Below the pieces are notes generated by a model, which saw only the letters and a list, made by a program, of their open reading frames with translations, was not told the origin of the DNA and did no database searches. From Mobula hypostoma (taxonomy: Eukaryota), in the NCBI RefSeq assembly GCF_963921235.1, contig NC_086097.1:179678001-179742000 (forward strand): a stretch of 64,000 nt of DNA. Reading direction: 5' to 3'. Below, piece by piece: positions 40,201-52,200 of the stretch; position 1 is the first letter of the stretch; every line of letters begins with the position of its first letter. The position numbers were made by a program, and so were the translations under genes.

Positions 40201-43200
40201 GCACGTTCTACATAGACCACAGCCTTGGGGTCAAAGCTGGGTTGCTGGACCTGCGAGGTAGTGGATCTCCCTGCTGAATCACAGCACAACATCTTTTTAC
40301 CAGATAATGTGGCTGAACTGCTACTTCTGGGGACTTCTAGAGAAAAAAAATTAGCTTTTGCCTTCTGACAAATGTGCAGGAACATGAGAAGCTGCAGAGA
40401 GCAGTGGGTTCTGCCCAATACATCATGTGATATCCTTCTCATCCATCAATAGGACCTATAGGAGGTGTGCCTCGAGAAGGCAACATCCATCATTAAAGAC
40501 CTGAGCCATGCCATCTTCTCACAGTTGCCAATGGGCAGCAGGTATAGAAGCCTGAAGTCTCACTCTACCAGATTCAGGAACAGCTACTTCTCTTCAACCA
40601 CTGGACCTCTAAACCAGTCAGCACAGCCCTAATCACTACAGTAAAGCAACTTTGATCACTTCACACTAAAATGTTGTTCTAATTGTGTACTTTCTTGTAA
40701 AAGCTGTGCATTCTTTATCTGTTTAACGTGTTTTTCTTGCAAATGCCTCTTATCTGATGCGCTGTGCCTGTGATACAGCTGTGAGTAAGTTTTTCATTGC
40801 ACCTATGCATACATGTACTTCTTCATCTGACAGTAAACTCGACTTTGACTTTAAAATTACAAACATTCATTGACCTGAAGCAAACAAAATCTACTGGAGG
40901 AATACAATGGGCCAGGCGGCATTTGTGAAGGAATATGACTGATCAATGTGCAGGTGGAGGCCCTTCATGAAGCCTCTCAATCTGAAAAGTGAACTATCCA
41001 CTTCCTCCCACAATTGCTGCCTGATCCACTGAGCTCCTCCAGCAGCTTGAATTTTGCTCCAGATTCCAGCATCCACTTGCATTGCCCTGAAAGTGGGTTG
41101 TGAAAGGTACTGTAAAAATGAGAAATTTTTTGAAGATGAAAGGAGTCACTGCTTTTGATTAGCAGATGAAATTACTGAGAATCAGCCCAAAAGATCTTCA
41201 AAACTCACCAACAAATCTTGAGAGCACCTTTTACTGACTCCGATGGTGTATTCTCTGGATAGGTCTTTGTTGTTAGAGGATACCTTTGGATTTTTCACAC
41301 AGCCTCTCAGTGAAGATTTCACAGGCATGTTTAAACTGCAACAGAAGATGTCACACAGAATTACAGCCCAGTTCATTTGTCCACGACTCTGCTTACCCTC
41401 CAGCTGAACTCTCTCCCAGTCAAACACAGGCATTAACAAGTTGGAATTGAATTTGGAGTTGGTTTAGTATTGCCACATGTACCAAGATACAGTGAAAAAC
41501 TTGTTCTAAATACGGTTTACACAGATCATTTCATTACAATGGTCCATTGAGGTAGTGCAAAATAAAACTATAACAGAATGCAGAATAAAGTGTAACAGCT
41601 ACAGAGAAAGTACAGTGCAGGCAGACAATCAGGTGCAGGACCATAAAATTTTAAAGTTCCCATCCCCGTAATTAAATCCCTTCATGGGTTCTTCCCTTTT
41701 CTATTGTTGTAGTCTTCTGCAGTCCCATGATCTCCAAGATCTCCTCCAAAAAAGCTCTTGGGTGCCCTCAATCTTCACTTAGTGACTGTACCATTAGTTG
41801 TCTAGTCCCTGAGTGTGAGAACCCTTTTACTTTCTCCATCTGTAAGATCACCGAATCCCTATTTTCCCTCTGGGTGAGTGTGAGCGGGCACTCTTGTTGA
41901 AGCCCTGGATTATTTGACTAATCTCTGAATGGGAGTCTAGGCCAACAAAGATGGATAAAACCTCCAGCTCCTAAGCTGTGAATGGAGCTCCAACCCACAG
42001 CTGTAGGGAACCAGCTCCATCACAGGCACTAGCCTCTCAACCACTGAGGACATCTTCAAAAGGCAGTGCCTCAAGAAGGTGGGATCCATCATTAAGGACT
42101 CCCAGCATCTAGGGTGTTCCCTCTTCTTATCATCACTACCATCATAGAGGAGGTACAAGAGCTTGAAGATGCACACTCAATATTTTAGGAACAGCTTCTT
42201 CACATCCACCATCAGATTTCTGAATGGTCCATGAACCTATGAACACCACCTCACTATGCTGTTCTCTTTTTGCACAATTTATTTATTATTAATATATTTC
42301 TCATTGTAACTTAATAATTGTTTTATGTATTTCCCTGTACAGTCTCCACAAAACAACAAATTTCACTACATATGTCAGTGATAATAAACCTGATTCTGAT
42401 TCTGATTATATTTCTTCAAAAGGGACCAATCATTTCTTGAGTAATGTTACTGATGCTGGGGGAAAGCACACACAGCAACAAACTGGATGGCTATCTTTAA
42501 AAATAATCTTTCATTAATTTCATTTATAAATCAAATCAGCTTTTTTTTGCAATACAACTTGTGTGAAGAAAAGTTTGTTGGAGGTAGATAGGAGGGTAAA
42601 GAAAGCACTTGGCATGCTGGCCTTCATCAGTCAGAACATTTAGTATAGGAGTTGGGGACTTATGTTGCAGTTATATAAGGTATTGCTGAGGTCACATTTA
42701 GTATATTGGATACAGTTTTGATCACTCTGCTACAGGGAAGATGTTATTAAACTAGAAAGAGTGCTGAAGAGATTTACCAGGACGTTACTTGGACTCAGAG
42801 TCTTGAGCTACCAGCAGAGGTCGCGCACACTAGGACTTTATTCCCTGTAATGTGGGAGACTGAGGGGAGACCTGATAGAGGTATACCGTACAAGACCTTA
42901 AGGGACATAAACAAGACGAGAGCACATTATCTTTATCCCAGGGATCGACAGGGTGGATTCAAAGAAGAATGTTACTCCCAGCTGAGGAGTTTAGGACTAG
43001 GGAGCACAGTATCAGACAGAAGGGTTGTCCATTAAGAACAAAGATGAGGAGACTTAGTGTTGAGTTTAATCAGAGCATAGATAGACTCCTGAATATTAAG
43101 AAAACCAAGGGATTTGGAGATTGTCCAGGAGAATGTTGCTCATTCCCTGGAACATAGGAGACTGAGAGGTGATCTGATAGAGGTGTATAAGATCATGGGG

Positions 43201-46200
43201 ACATAGACAAGTTGAAGCACATAGTCTCTTTCCCAGGAAGGGGGTTCTAAAATGAAGAGGGCATAGGTTCAAGATCAGAGGTGAGAGGTTTACAAGGGAG
43301 ACCAGGGGCAGCTTTTTCAAGCAAAAGTTGGTGTGTATTTCAACTGAGCTGCTAGTTGTTGAGGTGGGCACATTAGTAACATTTAAAAGCCAGCTAGACA
43401 AGTACATGGATAAGAGTGGTATAGAGAGTTATGGCCAAAGTGCAGACAGATGGGATTAGCTCACTGGACAACACGATTGGCATGGACGAGTTAGGCTGAC
43501 AGGCCTGATGACACTATGAGTCTAAGAGGTATCTCAGTTTTGCATTCCACTCTTTATTTTCATTTTAAAAAAGCATAATGACATACCTTTCCTTAATGTG
43601 CTTTGGTATTCCACCCAGGTAATAGTTAGGGAAGTTAAATTCTTTGACATCGACTTCAGCAAAAATGACACGTTCATTGTTGACGGTTGCAAAAGCACGT
43701 ATGATGTTTTCCTTGATTACTTGCAACTTGATCTTAGATTAAATTGAAGTAGAAAAATAATTGTTAATTTTGATTAAGTATTAAAGAGTTAATAAATTGA
43801 GAAGTGAAAAAAATAACCCCACTTACTGGAAATCCACAGGAATTTAAAAAATATATACTAAATACACTGTTTTTATTTTGCTTTTCTATCCGTAGTTATT
43901 CATTCTTATTTATGCTACCCGAATCAAATAGAATAACAATGTTTGCCGCTATTTGCACATACAAAATATCCAAAATAATTTAATTGCACATTTATAATTA
44001 GAAGAAAGACTACAAAATATAACTACAGCGTTCGCTTTGGTGGTTCTTTGATAAAATACCACACTCACTATACAACCATATACCAAACCTATATTTGTAC
44101 TGATCATCATGTACAATACAATATTAAGTACTGTAATCTGTATAAAATACCATATAAAAACCATGTTTAGTATTATAAAGAAATTTGGCATGTTCCTACT
44201 GACCCTCACCAATGGAAATAACTCAGAAAATGTGTAGCCCAGATTGGATTGATTTGCTCTCTATCTTGGCAACCATTTGCATATGTTATGTCACCATGTG
44301 AGGAGACATCATTGTATGGCACTGAAACATTTGCAAGTGGATTTCCAAGATCAGAGAATAACTCAACCCAACCATCAACCATCCGAGCTACACATTTTCC
44401 GAGTTATCTCCAACAATTTTGGGTGTCAAATGCTTAGATGTAAAGATGGTGTCTCTTCCTATGGTGTGAATCCATTTGCAAATTCACTGCCAATATCAGA
44501 GAACAACTCAATCCAACCCTCACCAACTTTTATCAGTAGATCATTGGAAGTATCCTATCTGAATGCATCATTGGGAACTGCTCTACCTATGACCTCAAGA
44601 AACTATGGACACCTGTGGACATAGTTAAGCACATTATGGAAAACAGTCCCCCCTCCATGGACTCTGCCTACACTTCTTGCTGCCTCATTAATGCAGCCAG
44701 CTTGCCCCAGATATCCTCTCTTCTCTTCCCCTCAATTCAGGCAGAAGATACAAAAACCTGAAAAAAAACATGCAACTAGTCTCAGGGATAGCTTCTACTC
44801 CACTGTTATAAGACTATTGAATGGTACCTTAGTGTGATAAGGGTGGAATCTTGACCTCACAATCTACCTTTATGACCTTGCACCTTAATGTCTGCCTGCA
44901 CTGACTTTCTCTGTAGTTGTAACACTTTATTCTGTTGTTGTTTTCCCTTGTACTATTTAATGTGACGAAAAGATCTGTATGGATGGCATACAAAACAATA
45001 TTTATCACTGTACCTCAGTACATGTGACAATAAGAAAACTGACTTACCAACTGATATACCATATGTGCTCTATTCACTATGTATTATATACAATACTACA
45101 CACAGTATTGTTCACCGTGTACAATATTCCATACCATGTGTGATGGTGCACATTGTGCCATGCACTTTTCTACAGTACTATGTTAAATCCTGTGCACTAT
45201 TTACTCCATGTTCATTGGTACAATAGTAAAGAAATAAAATATTAAATGTAATGTAATCTAGTGGTTTTACCCCTCCTACATACTTAAAAGAAAAGCAATG
45301 AAGTTTACTTACCACGTTCTCTTTGCTAAGGTCCAATTCTTTCACTGACATGGTAGAGTTGGTAATACTTGATTTGAGATTGTACCTGAACACCAGTTTT
45401 CCACCCTCAATGGTCAGAGCACAGCTTCTATTCTGTAATTTATGAAAGATTTGGTTGTAAACCATACTCTTTAACAAAAACATGTACAAATGTTAGGCAG
45501 CATCTGTTTTGGGAGCTAGCAATTGTGAAAGATGGCAATGAGATTATCATGAAGCATGCAGTGTTGATAAAACAATAACTTGTTATAAATTATCTAATGA
45601 AAGATGCCCTTCCCTTGGTCCAGAAGTAGTTCACAATAATTATCCCAGGGAAGGAAGGCTTAAAATTTGAGCAGCGTTTGATGTCCCTGGGCCTGCACTA
45701 GATGGAGTTTAGGTAGGTAGGATCCCATTGAAACCTAACGAATACTGAAAGTTCTGGATAGAGTGGACTTGGAGAGGATTTTTGCGTAAGTGGGAAGGTC
45801 TAGAAAATCCAAAAGCACAGGATCAGAATAAAGGGACATCGCTTTAAGATTGAGATGGGGAGAAATTTCTTCAGCCAGAGGATGGTAAACCTGTGAAATT
45901 TGTTGCCACAGAGGGCTGGGGATGCCAAGTTACTGAGAGCATTTAAGGTAATTATTTATAGATTCTTGTTCAGTAAAGGGGTTAAGAGTTATGTAGAGAA
46001 GGTGGGAGAATGAGGTTGAAAACCATTAGCCATGATTGAATGATGGAGCAGACATGGTCTTCTTGTCTAAATTGAGGACACATTAACTCCCATAGATGGG
46101 AGGGATATGAACGAAGCTAAGCTGTTAACATCACCAAAAGTAAGTAAGTCAGTAAGAAAGTCTTGTTTGAAAAGAGTATCTCTAAGGAAAACCTTCTGAT

Positions 46201-49200
46201 TTTCCTCAAAGGATATAGGAAAAATAATATCTGAAGTCTTATCTGTGACTTGCAGCTTTGATGTAGGAACTGGGCAGTACGTAGGAGCACGGTGAACATG
46301 AATGGGAGTCTTCCTCTTGGTGAGAGGCGGCAGACTCCAGCACTGTGTGAAAGGAGTGCACTACTCTCAGTGCGCTAGTTGGACTATATAGAACAGGATA
46401 TTAGAAACATAGAAAATAGGTGCAGGAGTAGGTCATTTGGCCCTTCGAGCCTGCACCGCCATTCAGTATGATCATGGTTGATCATCCAACTCAGAACCCT
46501 GTACCAGCCTTCCCTCCATACCCCTGATCCCTTTAGCCACAAGGGCCATATCTAACTCCCTCTTAAATATAGCCAATGAACTGGCCTCAACTGTTTCCTG
46601 TGGCAGAGAATTCCACAGATTCACCACTCTCTGTGTGAAGAAGATTTTCCTAATCTCGGTCCTAAAAGGCTTCCCCTTTATCCTCAAACTGTGACCCCTC
46701 GTTCTGTGACCCCTTGTTCTATTCACATTCAAACTGCAAATGAAGCACATTGGCTTAATGCTAATTTGGCAGCTTGTAAGTTTCCAAAGCTTCTTTTCGT
46801 AGGTTAGAGTTCCCAATGTCTGGTAAACGGCATAGAGTGATTGTGAGTCATAAAGTCATTGAGTACATATGCAGACCCCTTGGTCCAACCAGACCATACT
46901 GGCCATGATGCCCACCCAAGTTCCTACACTTGGCCCGTATTCCTCCAATCCAGGTATCTACCCAAGTGCTTCTTAAATGAGACTATTGTATCTGCCAAAG
47001 GTTCCTTTGGGACCTTTTTCCATCTTCTCACTACATCTGTGTAAAACAGTTGCCCCTCAGATCGCTTAAATCTTTCCCCTCTCACCCTAAATCTATATCT
47101 CATTGTTTTGAACTTCACTATCCTGGGGAAAAGATTGTTACCATCCACTCTATCCATGCCTCTCATAAATTTAAACACTTTCATAAGATCGCCCCTCTTT
47201 CTCCTCCGTTCCAAGAAATAAAAACCTAGCTTGGCCAACCTCTCCCTACATCTCAGGCCCTTAGGTCCTTGCAATATCCTTCTAAATCTTTCCTATACCC
47301 TTTCCAGTTTAACCATGTCTTTCCTATAACAGATGACCAAAGCGAGAGGTACAGCATGGAAACAGGCTTTTCGGCCCACTGAGTCCATGTTGACCATCAA
47401 CCTCCCAGTTACTTTAATCTGCTGTTCGCTTTTTTAAACTCTCCCTACATTCTCATCAGCTCCCCCAGATTCTACCGTGCAATTTTACACTAGTGGCAAC
47501 TTATGATGAACACACAACCCAAAGGGCCTGTCTCTGTACAGTGTGAATCTATTGTGTCCACACTATGAGGGAAGCAAATGATAAACTGCAAAATGATTTA
47601 CCGCTTTCTCAAAGTATAACAGCACTGCATCTCTTGTGGAAGTTTGAACAGTTTGTTCGATCTTTAACCTCCTCACAGAATTGGTCAGGTTTATAAGTGC
47701 GTATCCAGTACCATCAAAATAGAAGCCATCACTTCCTGGTTCCTTGGATGGTTTATACCTGCAAATAAAACATAAATTATTGGTTACCAGGTAACAGCTG
47801 CATCGTAATAGAACCCGGGTAACTGATGATGTACTTAAATATCGGACGTTCTCTCTTACACCCTCACCCCTGTCAGGAAGATACAAAAGCTTGAAAACAT
47901 GTTACCACCAGGCTCAAGGACAGCTTCCACCCTGCTGTAAAACTCAGCCTCTCGAACGGACCTCTCACGCGAGAAGACGAACGGAGCTCTCACGTGAGAA
48001 GACGAACGGACCTCTCACGCTGAAAGATGAATGGACCTCTCACATGAGAAGATGAATGTAGAAATGTAGGGGTAACCTTAAAGAAGTGTTTAAAATTATG
48101 ATGGACGTCCAAAGGTAGAAGGTAGCAGTTCTTTCCCCCAGGGTAAGGGAGTCCAAAATCAGGGGATACACATTTGAAGTGAAAGGGGTAAGATTTAAAA
48201 GGAACCTGAGGGGCAACTTTTTCACACATAGGGGGATGTTTATGCAACAAGCTGCCAGAGGAAGCGGTTGAAGTTGGTACAATAGCATTATTTAAGGAGG
48301 AGTTGGATAGGTACAGAGAGGAGTAGGCCTTAGAGAGATATGGGCCGAATGCAGGAAATTGGGACTAGCTGAGTGGGCGCTGTGGTCAGCATGGACTGGT
48401 TGAGCCAAACGACCTGTGTGCATGCTATAATGATCTACGACTCTATGATTTGCGATTTCCAAATGTACCTCACTGTGGCCCTTGCACTTTATTTGTCTAC
48501 CTTGGCATTGATTTATTACTGTCACATGTACTGATATCCAATGAAAAGGATTGCCTTGCATACTGCTTATACAGATGAAATCATTACACAGTGTACTAAG
48601 GCAGAACAAGGTAAAAAAAATAAGAATGAAAGGTGAAATATTTAAGAGAAACCTGAGGGGGAACTTCTTCACTCAGAAGGTGGTGAGAGTGCTGAATGAG
48701 CTGCCAGTGCAAGGGGTGGATGCGGGTTGAACAACATTTAAGAGAAATTCGGATAGGTACATGGATGGGAGGGTTGTGGAGGGCTATGGTCCGTGTGCAG
48801 GTCGATGGGATAATAGTTCAGCATGGACTGTTTCTGTGTTGTAGTGTATGATGAGTCCATGATTCTAATGCAAAATGAAGTGTTACAGAGAAGCTTCTGT
48901 AAGATCTCCATTGCTCCAGAGAAATCAACCCATTTGTCTGACATCTCCTTATATCTTATGTCCTCTAATACAGGCAGCATCCTGCCACTACTTCCTGACA
49001 GGGGTTTTGACTGTGAGCAGCGGGGTCTCTTGAACAGCCTCTCAAATGGATATCAAAGGCACGATTTTGAAGATTGGCATTGATAAAGCAGCTCAGCTGG
49101 TCACTTACCGCTGTTCTTGGGAGCTTGCTGTGTACAAATAACATTACAACAGAACTTCAAAGCACCTTCGAATGTTCTGAGGTTGTGAAGTGTTCTACAT

Positions 49201-52200
49201 AAATGTAGATCTTTCAATTTTAAGATAGAGAATAGTTCTTCAGAAAAAATGCGATTCAAATACCTACTCCAGGAGTAAACATCAATGAACCTACCTTTCA
49301 CAGGGTCTGTCTTCTGTAGTGTTAATGTTGTATATTTCCTTAAAGTTATACAGGCTGATTAGTTTTTCATTCAGAAAGCCAAGTTCAATGCAGCCTTTAT
49401 ATCTTCGATAATTTAATGTATCAGGAGGCTGGGTGATAAGAAAAAGTACTTGCAATTAAAACAACTTGCATTAAAGGAACCAGTAAGGCTGAGTTTCAGA
49501 ATTAGAATAGGAACCGGAATCAGAATCAGAATCAGGTTTATTGGGACGGCACAGTGGCAGGGTGCTACGGTGTTACACTAGTTACACAGTACCAGTGACC
49601 AGGATTCAATTCTGACACCATTCATTCTCCCTGCAATGGCATGGTTTCCTACGGGTCATCTATTTTCCACCCACATTCAAAGATGCACGGGGAGTAAGTT
49701 AATTGATCACATTTAAGATTCTAGATTGTCTAATGTCATTTACTGTACACGAGTGTAAAGGAGAATTAAATATTTGTTACTCCAGATCCGATGCAGCACA
49801 AAAAAACATAAAAGATAAAGAACACAATAATAATAAAAAGCACAATAAATATAAATACACAAGATAGCTTATATACATCAATTGACTGACTGTCCATAAA
49901 GTGACACTAGACTGGACATAAGGTGACTGTACATTGTGACGGAGGTCTTGATCAGCCTGACTGCTCGGGAAAAGGAACTGTTTTTCAATCTGATGGTCCT
50001 GTTGTGGATATTACGTAGTCTCCTCCCTGATGGGAACGGGACAAACAGACCACGAGCGGGGTGGGTAGGAATGTCCGGGGTGGAAAGGGGTCTCTGATTA
50101 TGTTGGCTGCTTTACCAAAGCAGCAGGAAATGTAGATGCAGAAGTAGAGTCCCAAGCACAGCAAAGGCCCTTTGGCCCATTAGTTCAATGCTATCACAAT
50201 GCACCTTTTCTATCTTATTCTCCACACATTTCCGTTCAGCTCTAGATTCTACCGGGGGAAGCTATAGTGGCCTTTTAACCCAATGATCCACATGATTTTG
50301 GGATGTGGGAGAAAACCAGACCACCTATTCAGAGAGAATCAACTAATACCCAAGGTCTGGTTTGAACCCAGATCTCTGGAACTGGAATAAAGGAAAGAAA
50401 TATTCAGTGGTCCTCTGCCCTCTCCTATTGGACTCTTTATTTTTCAGCTCTTTTCCTCTTCCACCTATCACATCATTCCCCCTCCCACAACACCCCCACC
50501 TAGTCGCACCAATCACCTGGCAGCTTATACACATCCCCTTTCCCCCACCTTCTTATTCTGGCGACTGCTCCTTTCTTTTCCAGTCCCGATGAAGGGTCTC
50601 AGCTCGAAACGCCAACTGTTTATTCCCCTCCCCCATAGATGCTGCATGATTTAGCAAGTTCCTCCAGCATCCACAGAATCTCCTGGGACTCCCTCTTTTA
50701 GAAAAGCTGCTAAGTCACTTATTTATTTTTCAGGATGTTGGTGAGGCAAGTACATATTGCCCAATCCTGCCTGCCCTGCCTTGCTGGTCTTTGCAGAAGA
50801 CATTTAAAAAGCCAACTACACCAACAGGTCTGAGTCACATTGGGGGTACAACACTTGATTTCCTCCCCTGAAGTAGTGTTTTTTTTCTAATCCAGTACTT
50901 GGGTACTCCCATTGCTAATGTAAACTTTCTAAAAAAATTCCAGACGATAAACTGAATTTCACTGAAGCATCAGAGGCTGATGAAAGACCTGACAGAAGAA
51001 CTACATACATTTCAAGCACAGTGTAGCGTAGTGGTTAGTGCAACACCATTACAGCTCGGTTTGTTGCAGTTTGGTGTTCAATCCCAGCAAACTCTGTACG
51101 TTCTCCCTGTAGAGTGCATGGGTTTTCTCCCACAGTCCAAAGACGTACCAGTTATTAAGTTAATTTGTCACTGTAAATTGTCCCAAATTTAGACTAGGGT
51201 TAAATTGGGGGTTGCTGGGAGGCACGACTCGAAGGGCCGTAAGGGCCTATTCCATGCTGTAACTAAGTAAATTATGAGAGCCATAAAACAGGGAGGTAAA
51301 TTATTTCTCCCAAATGTAAAGTGTCAAATACAGGGCATAGGTTTGAGGTGAGGTGGTGGGGGAGCAGTGAAGTTTAAAGGAGATGTGTAAGGCAAGTTTT
51401 GTTACACGGAGTGGTGGGTGTATGAAATGCATTGCCAGGGGTTAGTAGCAGCAGATATAATAGAGGTGTTTAAGAAGCATTTAGGCAGGTAAGGAATGGA
51501 GGAATATGATATTTCTGAATAGTTCACGAACTCATGAACGCTACTTTGTTATTCCTTTTTCTGCACTTTATTTATGTTTGTAATTGATAGTAATTATTTA
51601 TCTTTGCACTGTGCCGCTGCTGGAAAGCAACAAATTTCATGTCACATACATCGGTGATAGCTAATCTGATTCTGATTTTTAGTTCAAATTGGCATTGTGG
51701 TCTGCACAGACACTGAGGCAAAGGGTTTATTCATGTGCTGTTTTATGTTCTATGTTCCGAGGCATAAAGTACAACATCCTTAAGAGTACGCAATGAATGA
51801 TCTTTACCGTAAATGTCGGGGGAAATCCTCCAACGTAGAAGACAGCTTCCTTTGGATCCAGGTTGAGCAAGAGGTCATCTCCAACTGCAGTTGCAAACTG
51901 TGTTTGGCTGTTAATGAGCTTGCCACTGAAGGGGCTGACCTGGCTATTGTTTAGAGACCCATACTGCATGATCCTGGAACAGAAGAGTGGTCATGTAGAA
52001 TATTGGACTTTCTGTGAGGAATGGGCCAAATTCCTGAGGAATCCGCACTTGGGGTTTTGCTTGTATTTGGGTAGGTTTTGTAGTGGTTGTATTGTGAAGT
52101 AATGCAACCAGAAGACCATAAAATATAGGAGCAGAATTAGGCCACTTTGGCCTATCAAATCTGCCTCAGCACTCAATCATGGCTGATTTTTTTCAACCAC

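Noticed and set aside
43949..44212. Hydrophobic 87-aa ORF resembling a membrane protein
   Set aside because: AT-rich intron composition bias; not needed in the LAMA3 exon chain; no recognisable family
47954..48058. CRISPR-like appearance of palindromic 25-bp repeats
   Set aside because: Head-to-tail units with no spacers, no cas genes, eukaryotic intron
49545..49620. tRNA-like A/B boxes here and at other SINE heads
   Set aside because: Degenerate, no cloverleaf, followed by a V-SINE core: SINEs, not tRNA genes
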